NCBI GenBank assembly: GCA_038207085.1
Contig: JBBRAE010000047.1
Coordinates: 1-16,769, forward strand
Source of the DNA: Armatimonadota bacterium
Lineage (GTDB): Bacteria > Armatimonadota > UBA5829 > DTLH01
DNA: 16,769 nt
Direction of reading: 5' to 3'
Made by a program: the position numbers and the translations under genes. Under the pieces are notes generated by a model. It worked only from the letters and a program-made list of their open reading frames with translations, ran no database searches and was not told the DNA's origin. Of this stretch, positions 8,894-16,769 are shown in pieces (the first letter of the stretch is position 1; each line of letters opens with the position of its first letter).

Positions 8894-10099
8894 ATGGCTG
8901 AACAGCCTTACGATTACATAATCATCGGCGGAGGGCTCGCGGGCGCAATGGCGATCGACGGGATCCGGGAGATCGACGAAGACGGGTCGATATTCCTCAT
9001 CGGAAAAGAGACGCACAACCCCTACGACCGCCCGCCACTTTCAAAGAAGCTATGGTTCGGCCAGAAAAAGGTCGAAGAGATCACGGTGCATGACCAGGGG
9101 TTCTTCATGGAAGCGAACGTCGACACGCTCTTTGGCGTCGAGATCGCCCTTATCGAACCTCGTAAGCGACTGATCGCCGACAGCCGGGGCGGCGTCTACC
9201 GCTTCGACAAACTCCTGATCGCCACCGGCGGAACACCGCGCAGGCTCGATATCCCCGGCGGCGACCTAGAAGGTATCTGCTACTACCGCACGCTCGACGA
9301 CTACCAGGCGACACGCGCAATGGCCGCTGAAGGCAAGTCGGCGGTGGTGATCGGCGGCGGGTTCATCGGCTCGGAGATGGCGGCGGCGCTTCGGATAAAC
9401 AAGCTCGATGTGACGATGGTCTTCCCGGACCCCTACCTGCTCCAGCGCGTCCTCCCCGAGAGCCTCGCCCAGGCGATTCAGGCCGACTACATTGAGCGCG
9501 GAGTCAAGGTGCTCGCCGAGGACGCTCCGGTCGCATTCGAGAAACGAGGCGAGAAGTTCGTCACCCGCACCGGGGCTGGGCAGGTGATAGAGTCTGATAT
9601 CGTGATCGTAGGGATCGGCATTCGGCCATCGACTGAGCTTGCCGAAAAGGGCGGGCTCAAGATCGAAAATGGGATCGACGTCGATGAGTTCCTCCAGACC
9701 TCCGAGCGCCATGTCTACGCCGCAGGCGACAACGCGTATTTCCCCTACAAGGCGCTCGGGCAGAAGACCCGGGTCGAGCACTGGGACAACGCACAGAGCC
9801 AGGGCACGCACGCCGGGCGCAACATGGCGGGCGCACTGCAGCCGTTTACCTATATGCCCTACTTCTTCTCTGACCTCTTCGACTTTGGCTTTGAAGCAGT
9901 CGGCGAAGTCGACTCCCGACTCGACACCTTCCTCGACTGGCAAGAAGAGAACAAATCCGGGGTAATCTATTATTTGAAGAACGAAAAGGTGCGCGGCGCG
10001 ATGATGTGCAACGTCTGGGACAAAGTCGAGGCGGCGCGCAATATGATCAAACGAGGCAAGAAGGCAACGCCCGAATATCTGACCGGCGCGATCAAATAG
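8894..10099 (+). CDS. FAD/NAD(P)H-dependent oxidoreductase, ferredoxin reductase/AIF-like
   Basis: AGGAGG RBS; IIIGGGLAG, PYDRPPLSK, LIATGG, VIGGGFIGSE, YAAGD, RVEHWDNA, PYFFSDLF. Confidence 0.92.
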   Translation: MAEQPYDYIIIGGGLAGAMAIDGIREIDEDGSIFLIGKETHNPYDRPPLSKKLWFGQKKVEEITVHDQGFFMEANVDTLFGVEIALIEPRKRLIADSRGGVYRFDKLLIATGGTPRRLDIPGGDLEGICYYRTLDDYQATRAMAAEGKSAVVIGGGFIGSEMAAALRINKLDVTMVFPDPYLLQRVLPESLAQAIQADYIERGVKVLAEDAPVAFEKRGEKFVTRTGAGQVIESDIVIVGIGIRPSTELAEKGGLKIENGIDVDEFLQTSERHVYAAGDNAYFPYKALGQKTRVEHWDNAQSQGTHAGRNMAGALQPFTYMPYFFSDLFDFGFEAVGEVDSRLDTFLDWQEENKSGVIYYLKNEKVRGAMMCNVWDKVEAARNMIKRGKKATPEYLTGAIK

Positions 10100-10107
10100 G
10101 GGGATAT

Positions 10108-10437
10108 ATGCAACTAAACGAACAAAAATGCGAGGCATGCCGAGTCGGCGCCCCGACGCTTACAACCCAGGAGGCCGAAAGCCTGCTAAAGGAAATTCCG
10201 GGCTGGACATTGAAGGAACACTCGATAGAGCGGGAATACAAGTTCAAAGACTTCCCCGAAGCGATCGGCTTCATAAACAAAGTCGCAGAGATCGCAAACG
10301 AAGAAGACCATCACCCGGATATCTATAACTCCTACAGCACGGTAAAGATCGAGCTCTGGACGCACAAAATCGGCGGGCTATCGAAGAACGACTTTATTGT
10401 GGCGGCAAAGATAATCAAACTGGGAGAAAGTAGCTAG
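10108..10437 (+). CDS. phhB: Pterin-4a-carbinolamine dehydratase
   Basis: KCEAC N-terminus, FKDFPEAIGFINKVAEIANEEDHHPDI, WTHKIGGLSKNDFIVAAKI; GGGG upstream of ATG 10108. Confidence 0.93.
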   Translation: MQLNEQKCEACRVGAPTLTTQEAESLLKEIPGWTLKEHSIEREYKFKDFPEAIGFINKVAEIANEEDHHPDIYNSYSTVKIELWTHKIGGLSKNDFIVAAKIIKLGESS

Positions 10438-10464
10438 TAGTAGCCAGTTATATATGGAGAACAC

Positions 10465-11211
10465 ATGCCTATCTACGAGTTGAAAGACAAAGTGGCTCTT
10501 GTCACCGGTGCGGCAAAGCGCATCGGACGGGCGACTGCCATCGCGCTCGCCGACGCCGGGGCGAACGTCATCGTCCACTACAACACCTCGCGCGACGAGG
10601 CGGCTGATCTCGTCGCCGAGCTTGAAGAAAAGGGTGTGCGCGCGTGGATGGTGCAGGCGGACTTCGCCCGTCCCGAAGAATACGGCACGCTTATTCAGAA
10701 AGCCGTCGGGGTCGCGGGTTCGCTTGATATTCTCGTCAACAACGCCTCGATCTTCCCGCGCGAGACTATGGATGAGGTCGATTTCGGGAGCTTCAACGAG
10801 AACATGCAGGTAAACGCCTGGGCTCCCTTTGTCTTCGCCCGCTCGTTCGCAAAAGAGCTCTGCCGCGGCAAGATCATCAACATGGTCGACAGCCGCATCA
10901 CGAGCACGGACTGGACGCATGTGGGCTATATCTGGAGCAAACATGTAATCAACGAGATGACCCGGATGATGGCGCTTGCCTGGGCCCCGGATATCACCGT
11001 GAACGCCGTCGCACCGGGGCTGATCCTCCCCCCACCCGGGCAGGATCAAAGCTACATCGAGCGCCTGACCAACACGGTCCCATTGAAAAAGCACGGCGAA
11101 CCCGAGGACATCGCCCGGGCGATCATGTTCCTGCTTGAAAGCGATTTCATAACCGGACAGGTCATATTCGTCGACGGTGGCCGACACCTTAGGGAGTTCA
11201 ACGTTGGATAA
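10465..11211 (+). CDS. folM: Pteridine reductase-like SDR (FolM/PTR1 type)
   Basis: TGAAKRIG (Arg typical of PTR1/FolM), HYNTS, NNASIF, MVDS, YxxSK, VNAVAPG; embedded among pterin genes. Confidence 0.8.
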   Translation: MPIYELKDKVALVTGAAKRIGRATAIALADAGANVIVHYNTSRDEAADLVAELEEKGVRAWMVQADFARPEEYGTLIQKAVGVAGSLDILVNNASIFPRETMDEVDFGSFNENMQVNAWAPFVFARSFAKELCRGKIINMVDSRITSTDWTHVGYIWSKHVINEMTRMMALAWAPDITVNAVAPGLILPPPGQDQSYIERLTNTVPLKKHGEPEDIARAIMFLLESDFITGQVIFVDGGRHLREFNVG

Positions 11212-11554
11212 AATCCTGATCAAAGACCTGATGCTCCGCTGCGTGATCGGCATCAGAGACGACGAACGGCGCGAAAAGCAGGACGTAGTGATCAACATCG
11301 CCCTCTCAGCCGACCTGACAAAGCCGGGACAGACCGACGAAGTCGCCGACACCGTCGACTACAGCGAGATCAAGAAACGCATCGTAGCGCTTGCAGAACA
11401 CTCAAGCTTCTTTCTGGTAGAAGCCCTCGCCGAAGCGATCGCCGCGATTTGCCTCGACTACCCGATGATAGAGCAGGCGCAGGTGACGGTAGAGAAGCCG
11501 TCGGCGCTCCGGTTCGCCCGAAGCGTAGGGGTGGAGATCACGAGACACAGGTGA
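11204..11554 (+). CDS. folB: Dihydroneopterin aldolase/epimerase (FolB/FolX family)
   Basis: TTG start with AGGGAG, overlapping the SDR stop; MDKILIKDL..IG..E...Q, DTVDY, LVEALAE, VEKPSA. Confidence 0.88.
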   Translation: MDKILIKDLMLRCVIGIRDDERREKQDVVINIALSADLTKPGQTDEVADTVDYSEIKKRIVALAEHSSFFLVEALAEAIAAICLDYPMIEQAQVTVEKPSALRFARSVGVEITRHR

Positions 11555-11563
11555 CAGGGTAGC

Positions 11564-12103
11564 ATGACTCAAGTGTTTGTCTCCATAGGCTCGAATATCG
11601 ATCCTGATCGAAACGTTCGGGCTGTTCTGCGGATGCTTTCTGAGCGGACACGGCTCGTCGGCGTGTCGACCGTCTACTGCAGCGAGCCTGACGGCCCGAT
11701 CGACCAGCCCATGTTCTTCAACGCCGTCGCAGAGATTGTAACCGAGCTTGCCGCGTCAGAACTCAAGTTTGGGGTGCTGCGAAAGATCGAAGACGAGCTC
11801 GGGCGCATTCGCACGGGGGATAAATATGCCCCGAGAACGGTCGATCTTGATATAATAGTCTATGGCGACGAAATTGCGCGCTCTGAGGAGCTTGAGATAC
11901 CCGATCCCCAGATCGAGAGCCGGGCGTTTCTCTCGGTCCCGCTCTGTGAGCTTGCGCCTGAGCTGGTCGTCCCCGGACATGGGCCGATAAAAGAGACTGC
12001 AGCCCGGCACAGGGACCACAGTATGACCGCGCTCCCAGAGCTTACGGCGGATATACGAAAGGACTTGAAAGATGAACCACGAAAGAGTGCAGGAGCTCGT
12101 TAA
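11564..12103 (+). CDS. folK: 6-hydroxymethyl-7,8-dihydropterin pyrophosphokinase
   Basis: [38 protein letters not shown]. Confidence 0.95.
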   Translation: MTQVFVSIGSNIDPDRNVRAVLRMLSERTRLVGVSTVYCSEPDGPIDQPMFFNAVAEIVTELAASELKFGVLRKIEDELGRIRTGDKYAPRTVDLDIIVYGDEIARSEELEIPDPQIESRAFLSVPLCELAPELVVPGHGPIKETAARHRDHSMTALPELTADIRKDLKDEPRKSAGAR

Positions 12104-12638
12104 AGAGCTTTTGATAGAACTTGGGGAAGACCCGAACCGCGAAGGACTGCTCAAGACCCCGCACAGGGTCGCGCAAGCCTACGATTTCCTCACGTCCGGC
12201 TACCACGTGGACAAAGACAAGGTGATCAACAACGCGATCTTCACCCAGGAAACCAACAACATGGTCATCGCGCGCGACATCGAGATCTACAGCCTGTGCG
12301 AACACCATATGCTGCCGTTTTTCGGCCGCTGCCACATCGGTTACATCTCCAATGGTAAAGTTTTTGGAGTAAGCAAGCTTGCGCGGCTCGTCGACATGTA
12401 CGCCCGCCGCCTGCAGATCCAGGAGCGCCTGACCGAACAGATTGCCCGGGCGATCAAGGACACCATCGGCGCGGAAGGCGTCGGCGTGATAATCGAGGCC
12501 CAGCACCTCTGCATGATGATGCGCGGAGTCCAGAAACAGAACTCGATGATGACCACATCAAGCGTCCTCGGCAGCTTCCACGACTCTCTCGCCACCCGCA
12601 ACGAGTTCCTGTCGCTTATCAGCAGGCCGAGACCATAG
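12072..12638 (+). CDS. folE: GTP cyclohydrolase I
   Basis: [51 protein letters not shown]; overlaps folK by 32 nt. Confidence 0.97.
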   Translation: MNHERVQELVKELLIELGEDPNREGLLKTPHRVAQAYDFLTSGYHVDKDKVINNAIFTQETNNMVIARDIEIYSLCEHHMLPFFGRCHIGYISNGKVFGVSKLARLVDMYARRLQIQERLTEQIARAIKDTIGAEGVGVIIEAQHLCMMMRGVQKQNSMMTTSSVLGSFHDSLATRNEFLSLISRPRP

Positions 12639-12657
12639 GACCGCAAGGTAAATCTTC

Positions 12658-13155
12658 ATGAGCCAGATGTGGGGAATCAGCTTTCCGTGGTGGCAATTTG
12701 TCCTACGGGCGATAGTGGTGTATGGGTCGATCATCTTCCTACTTAGGCTCGCAGGGAAGCGGCAGATCGGTCAGATGAGCACCGGTGAGTTCGTAGCGAT
12801 CCTGCTTATCAGCAATGCTGTCCAGAACTCGATGAACGGCGGGGACAACTCGATAACCGGTGGTCTCATCCTTGCCGTTGTGATCATCGGCATCAGTATA
12901 CTGGTTGACTATGGAACATACAAGTCCCGTAAGTTAGAGCACCTGATACAGGGAAGGCCTACGCTGCTAATCCACAATGGTGTCGTTCTCGAAGATCGCA
13001 TGCGCAAGGAGCTGCTGAGCGACTACGAACTGAAGACCATTCTGCGAAAGCAAGGGATTCATACCTACGAGGACATCGCAGCGGCCATAATGGAAAGCGA
13101 CGGCTCGGTGAGCGTGATAAAGAAGTCCGAACTGTCGCACCCGAATAACGGATAA
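12658..13155 (+). CDS. DUF421 (YetF-like) membrane protein
   Basis: LLRLAGKRQIGQMS, ISNAVQNSM, GRPTLLIHNG, LRKQGI, MESDGSVSVI. Confidence 0.9.
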   Translation: MSQMWGISFPWWQFVLRAIVVYGSIIFLLRLAGKRQIGQMSTGEFVAILLISNAVQNSMNGGDNSITGGLILAVVIIGISILVDYGTYKSRKLEHLIQGRPTLLIHNGVVLEDRMRKELLSDYELKTILRKQGIHTYEDIAAAIMESDGSVSVIKKSELSHPNNG

Positions 13156-13197
13156 TTACCAGGACGGCTAACCGACTAACTTAATCACGCGCGTATA

Positions 13198-13291
13198 CCG
13201 CAGCAGGTGTTATATGCTGCGGGAACTTCATTGTTGGGGTGGCGATTTCCGAATCACTACCCCAAAGCTAAGACGGGATTTCCAAATCCCG
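13198..13291. repeat. Cluster of three hairpins, two sharing GATTTCCRAATC
   Basis: CCGCAGCA-N9-TGCTGCGG (13198-13222); TTGGGGTGGCGATTTCCGAATCACTACCCCAA (13234-13265); CGGGATTTCCAAATCCCG (13274-13291). Confidence 0.7.
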
Positions 13292-13372
13292 AATGGCGTA
13301 ATGCATGGCAATTGGCCCACTATTTGAAGACGACCAGTCTGTGCAGGGCGGCGTTCTCGCAGCATACGCAAC

Positions 13373-13453
13373 TTGGAGGCGAACCTTCAAGACCTCTCAG
13401 CAAGGCTTGCACGTGGAGCGTATCACGCCAAGCCAGTGAGACGGGTGTATATC
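13373..13453 (+). pseudogene. Group II intron reverse transcriptase fragment (RT0-RT1)
   Basis: LEANLQDLSARLARGAYHAKPVRRVYI, a characteristic intron RT segment broken off before PK. Confidence 0.8.
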
Positions 13454-13620
13454 GAAGAACGCGCGAATGTCTATATCGAGTACCCAGTTCACCTTCTTCC
13501 TCTGGATCGAGAGCGCCAACGCATCCAGAGTTTGATGCTGGCAGCGTCGCGGTCTGAACCCGTAGGAGAAGTCCTTGAAGTCGACTTCATAGACCGCCTG
13601 CATTACTTCAGCACTACTGC
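13451..13620 (-). pseudogene. Group II intron reverse transcriptase fragment (RT2-RT3), inverted
   Basis: EVMQAVYEVDFKDFSYGFRPRRCQHQTLDALALSIQRKKVNWVLDIDIRAFFD, with SYGFRP and DIxxFFD motifs; no YADD region present. Confidence 0.88.
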
Positions 13621-13843
13621 AGTTCAAATTACAGTCAGCGTAGGCAGAGCCTTTCAGTCTGCTGGCTTGTGTTTTGGTTCATCACTCAAAAGCCGCCACT
13701 GTGGGCATCACCACTCACCGTGCTTGGTCATGGTCTATACCCCTTTTCACTGCCCAACTGGCCCCAATACCGCCCGCCCCATAGTGTGTATGTCAGTTTG
13801 CATGCCAGACATGTCTGGGTAAACGCCAGTTGAGGTAACTATA

Positions 13844-14659
13844 GTGGCACCACAATCCGCACGCGAGGCAGTCAGACAGAAACGCCGGCTTGAGCAGGAG
13901 GAACTGTTGGTGTCTGCCCAGGGGCTCCTTGAGATCCCTATGGTCATTCTCTCACTTGTCATGATTGTTGTGTTCGTGATTGAGGTGAGCGCCCATGTGT
14001 CTCCTGGAGTCGCGCGCGTCCTTGACCTGATACAGTGGGCAATCTGGGTCGCCTTTGTTATCGAGTTTGCCGTCAAAGTGGCACTTGCCCCCGACAATAC
14101 ACAGTTCATCAAAAGCAACTGGCTTATGGTAATTGCAATAATTCTGCCAGCTTTCCGAATTTTCAGGATAGCTCGCGCAGCGCAGGCACTGCGCTCTATT
14201 GGGGCGCTTAGAGTCATAACACTTGGCAACCGCACAATCAGCAAGCTTGAAATCCTGTTTGCCCGCAGGCGCCTACAGTACGTGATGGCTGTCGTGGCGG
14301 CCATGTCAGTCCTCTCAGGAGCGGGGATCTACTACCTGGAGAAGGGTGCCCCTGGAGCGACAATCAGGACCCTGGGCGACGGGCTCTGGTTTGCAAGCGG
14401 GATCGTCACCACAGTCGGCACAGAGCTCTACCCCGTGACTGCCGAAGGACGAGTGCTCAGTCTAATCGGAATGGTCTTTGGTGTCAGTGTCTTTGGATAC
14501 CTCGCCGGCTCACTTGCAAGCTTGTTCGTTGACATAGATAGAGCCGACAAGGAAGAAGATGAGTCCGTGGATGAGAGCCAAGTCGAGGCGCTTACCCAAG
14601 AGATTGAGTCACTGCAGCAAAGAATTGCGGAGCTAACTGCCAGGTTTGGCGAGCGATAG
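13844..14659 (+). CDS. Potassium-channel-superfamily ion channel with voltage-sensor-like domain and atypical filter
   Basis: GAGGT RBS and GTG; Arg-periodic PAFRIFRIARAAQALR; pore region GDGLWFASGIVTTVGTELYPVTAEGR; C-terminal coiled-coil-like segment. Confidence 0.88.
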   Translation: MAPQSAREAVRQKRRLEQEELLVSAQGLLEIPMVILSLVMIVVFVIEVSAHVSPGVARVLDLIQWAIWVAFVIEFAVKVALAPDNTQFIKSNWLMVIAIILPAFRIFRIARAAQALRSIGALRVITLGNRTISKLEILFARRRLQYVMAVVAAMSVLSGAGIYYLEKGAPGATIRTLGDGLWFASGIVTTVGTELYPVTAEGRVLSLIGMVFGVSVFGYLAGSLASLFVDIDRADKEEDESVDESQVEALTQEIESLQQRIAELTARFGER

Positions 14660-15604
14660 GTGGAGGGTACATCTGTGGACACACTGCGGAATTGGTTTTC
14701 CGGCACTACTGCAGTCCAAATTGCAGTTAGCATAATCGGTATAGTCGTCATCCTGATCGCAGTGCGCCTAGCACGGCGGGCCATCATTCTTTATGTGGAG
14801 GAGCCAGCTGCCCGTTACCGAGCAAGGAAACTCGTCACTCTTGGAGCATACATGCTGATGCTCCTTGTGCTCTCACTTGTCTTTCGCACCCGCCTTGCCG
14901 GGCTCACTATCTTCTTTGGAGCCGCAGGCGCAGGGATCACCATTGCGCTTCGTGAGGTCATACTAAGTGTTGCCGGCTGGCTCACGATCACCTTCGGAGG
15001 CCTCTACTCAGCAGGCGACAGAATCCAGATCGCGGGAGTCAGAGGTGACGTGATTGATGTTTCTATCCTTAGAACCACGGTAATGGAGATAGGAGAGTGG
15101 GTGGAGGCAGATCTCTACACCGGGCGCACCGTGCGCGTCTCAAACAGCTTTGTATTTCAGCAGCCGGTTTTTAACTACTCCGGTGACTTTCCGTTCCTGT
15201 GGGATGAAGTAAGGGTGCCGATAAAGTACGGCTGTGACCGCGCGCTGGTGCGTGAGATCCTCACACGAGTCACAAACGAGGTGGTCGCGGATTACACTAT
15301 AGAGGCAAAAGAAGACTGGAGACACATGCTGCGGCGCTTCAGGGTTGAGCCAGTCACAGTAGAGCCCGTCGTGACCCTGATCGCCAATGACAACTGGCTT
15401 GAGTTCACAGCGCGCTATGTTGTGAGCTACAAGAGGCGAAGGCTGACCAAAGATGCGATCTACACCCAGATACTCGACGAGTTTGATAAGACCGATGGGC
15501 GTGTCCGCATTGCCTCACAGACTCACGACATTGTCGGCTTTCCTGACATTACAGTAGACTTAAGAGACGGTGCACAGCGACCCAATACCGGTGCAGACGG
15601 TTAG
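14660..15604 (+). CDS. MscS-family small-conductance mechanosensitive channel
   Basis: GAAGAGITIALREVI, GDRIQIAGVRGDVIDVSILRT, NSFVFQQPVFNYS; GTG directly after the channel TAG. Confidence 0.92.
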   Translation: MEGTSVDTLRNWFSGTTAVQIAVSIIGIVVILIAVRLARRAIILYVEEPAARYRARKLVTLGAYMLMLLVLSLVFRTRLAGLTIFFGAAGAGITIALREVILSVAGWLTITFGGLYSAGDRIQIAGVRGDVIDVSILRTTVMEIGEWVEADLYTGRTVRVSNSFVFQQPVFNYSGDFPFLWDEVRVPIKYGCDRALVREILTRVTNEVVADYTIEAKEDWRHMLRRFRVEPVTVEPVVTLIANDNWLEFTARYVVSYKRRRLTKDAIYTQILDEFDKTDGRVRIASQTHDIVGFPDITVDLRDGAQRPNTGADG

Positions 15605-15681
15605 CCCGCTTTATTCGTGAAGCGAATACAGCTCTCGCTAACAGAGCATTATTCACGAGAAGCGTGAATAATGCGGGTTAG
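15601..15681. repeat. Nested inverted repeats after mscS
   Basis: Perfect 12-bp IR GCATTATTCACG-AGAAG-CGTGAATAATGC (15646-15674) flanked by CTAAC/GTTAG, plus a degenerate third arm TTAGCCCGCTTTATTCGTG (15601-15619). Confidence 0.75.
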
Positions 15682-15830
15682 TGCCAATACCGTTTACTTA
15701 GGTACAAGGCTGATTGCCTAAGAATCTTGATCTGCGGTGTAGACTCTCGCAGCCGAACCCGAACAGGCATCGTCCAAGAACTGAAGTCACAAATACTGGT
15801 TGGTTATATCTCCTGTGAGAGGTGAATGCT

Positions 15831-16463
15831 ATGCCCAGGGTCAGCAACTCAAACACGCAGTTTCACGGCAAGACCGCCCTCGACTTCGACGATATCAGCT
15901 TTATAATCGTTTCAAGTGTTCTGGCGTCTGTTGCACTGCTGTCACACTCGGTTCCCGTATTGATAGGCGCGATGATTCTTGCACCCGTCTTCGACCCACT
16001 TATCGCCATTCCATTCGGACTCGTCAACGCTGACTGGAGGCTGGCACTGCGGGGACTGGGCAACTCACTGCTACTCCTTTTGATATCTTCGGTTGTGTGC
16101 TTTGGGACAGTGTGGGCCGCGCTTTACCTTGATGCCATCCCCGCAACCATGACAAAACTCGGGCCGGATATGGTGACCGAGAGGCTGATAGTAGGCTGGC
16201 ACAGCTTCATCACGGCCCTTGCCGCCGGAGTGGGCGGCGCACTGGCATTTGCCTCCAACCGACGGGAAAATATCGTCGGGGTAGCGGTTGCTCTGGCACT
16301 TATCCCTGCGCTTGCCGCGACGGCGATAGGGTTCCACTACCAATTGCCTGGACGCTTAGGGGGCCTTGCTCTGGTCGCAGTCAACGTCGGCGGCATAGTG
16401 CTTGCGGGGATTGCGGCGCTGTTCCTGCGCGGAACGCTAAAGCGCACACCGAACAACGACTGA
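15831..16463 (+). CDS. DUF389-family membrane protein
   Basis: GAGGTGA RBS before ATG 15831; VLIGAMILAPVFDPL, ALAAGVGGALA, GVAVALALIPALAATAIG. Confidence 0.85.
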   Translation: MPRVSNSNTQFHGKTALDFDDISFIIVSSVLASVALLSHSVPVLIGAMILAPVFDPLIAIPFGLVNADWRLALRGLGNSLLLLLISSVVCFGTVWAALYLDAIPATMTKLGPDMVTERLIVGWHSFITALAAGVGGALAFASNRRENIVGVAVALALIPALAATAIGFHYQLPGRLGGLALVAVNVGGIVLAGIAALFLRGTLKRTPNND

Positions 16464-16704
16464 GCACACAGCCTGTGCCGGGAGATCAGCTCTTTTGATG
16501 CTGCGGCTCTCGGTTTGTTGAGCCACGACACACGCTACACTGCGCGACAGCCTTCGGGCGATGTACCTGCTCACCTATGATGGCGGCCACAGTCGACGAT
16601 CATGGGGCTTCGGGACGGAAGAGCTGTCCCGAAGCATCAAAAGCATCAAGACAACGCTTGGCAATCTGCTTGAGTGATCGCTCGAAAGTCAGTAATTACC
16701 TCAC

Positions 16705-16739
16705 AAAAAATGGGCCCACCAAGAGACCAGGTGGGCCCA
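16705..16739 (-). terminator. Intrinsic terminator for a minus-strand unit beyond the right edge
   Basis: 10-bp perfect stem TGGGCCCACC/GGTGGGCCCA, 9-nt loop, followed by T6 on the minus strand. Confidence 0.8.
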
Positions 16740-16769
16740 AATCAGAAACTTTCCGGCCACTACACCGGA

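Noticed and set aside
9266..11352. Long minus-strand ORFs 9266..10138 and 10378..11352
   Set aside because: Antisense shadows of well-supported genes, expected from GC-rich codon usage; no recognisable motifs.
13373..13822. 149-aa ORF as a functional RT, retron or DGR component
   Set aside because: Only the first 27 aa are RT-like; the rest is antisense of the other fragment and non-coding DNA; no YADD.
15636..15683. Integron attC site (CGCTAAC...GTTAGTG)
   Set aside because: Only 48 bp, the inner stem lacks extrahelical bases, and there is no cassette array or integrase. Kept only as an unexplained palindrome.
16561..16677. 38-aa ORF MYLLTYDGG...
   Set aside because: No clear RBS or motif, and it lies within a hairpin-rich tract.

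Overview
Bacterial chromosomal window, moderately GC-rich; gene content and the GyrB insert are compatible with Armatimonadota-like bacteria, but that is a guess. Left to right: (1) a minus-strand operon of ECF sigma factor, zinc-binding anti-sigma, an unannotated 58-aa ORF and a HicB-like gene; (2) a frameshifted Fic-family AMPylase gene whose 3' end is overlapped in antisense by a small convergent gene carrying the Fic-inhibitory (S/T)xxxE(G/N) motif, directly downstream of gyrB, the known target of FicT toxins; (3) a lone gyrB preceded by an XRE repressor plus ImmA/IrrE metallopeptidase pair; (4) a secreted NAGPA/phosphodiester-glycosidase-like gene, an inverted pair of REP-like palindromes with compensatory changes, and a probably leaderless ROK kinase; (5) a pterin operon (FAD oxidoreductase, PCD, FolM-like SDR, FolB/FolX-like, FolK, FolE, DUF421) without folP; (6) two head-to-head fragments of a group II intron reverse transcriptase; (7) membrane genes: a channel with a non-canonical TTVGTE filter, MscS and DUF389, followed by a structured non-coding tract and a terminator. 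No rRNA, tRNA or CRISPR array was seen. All family calls are by motif recognition without database searches.
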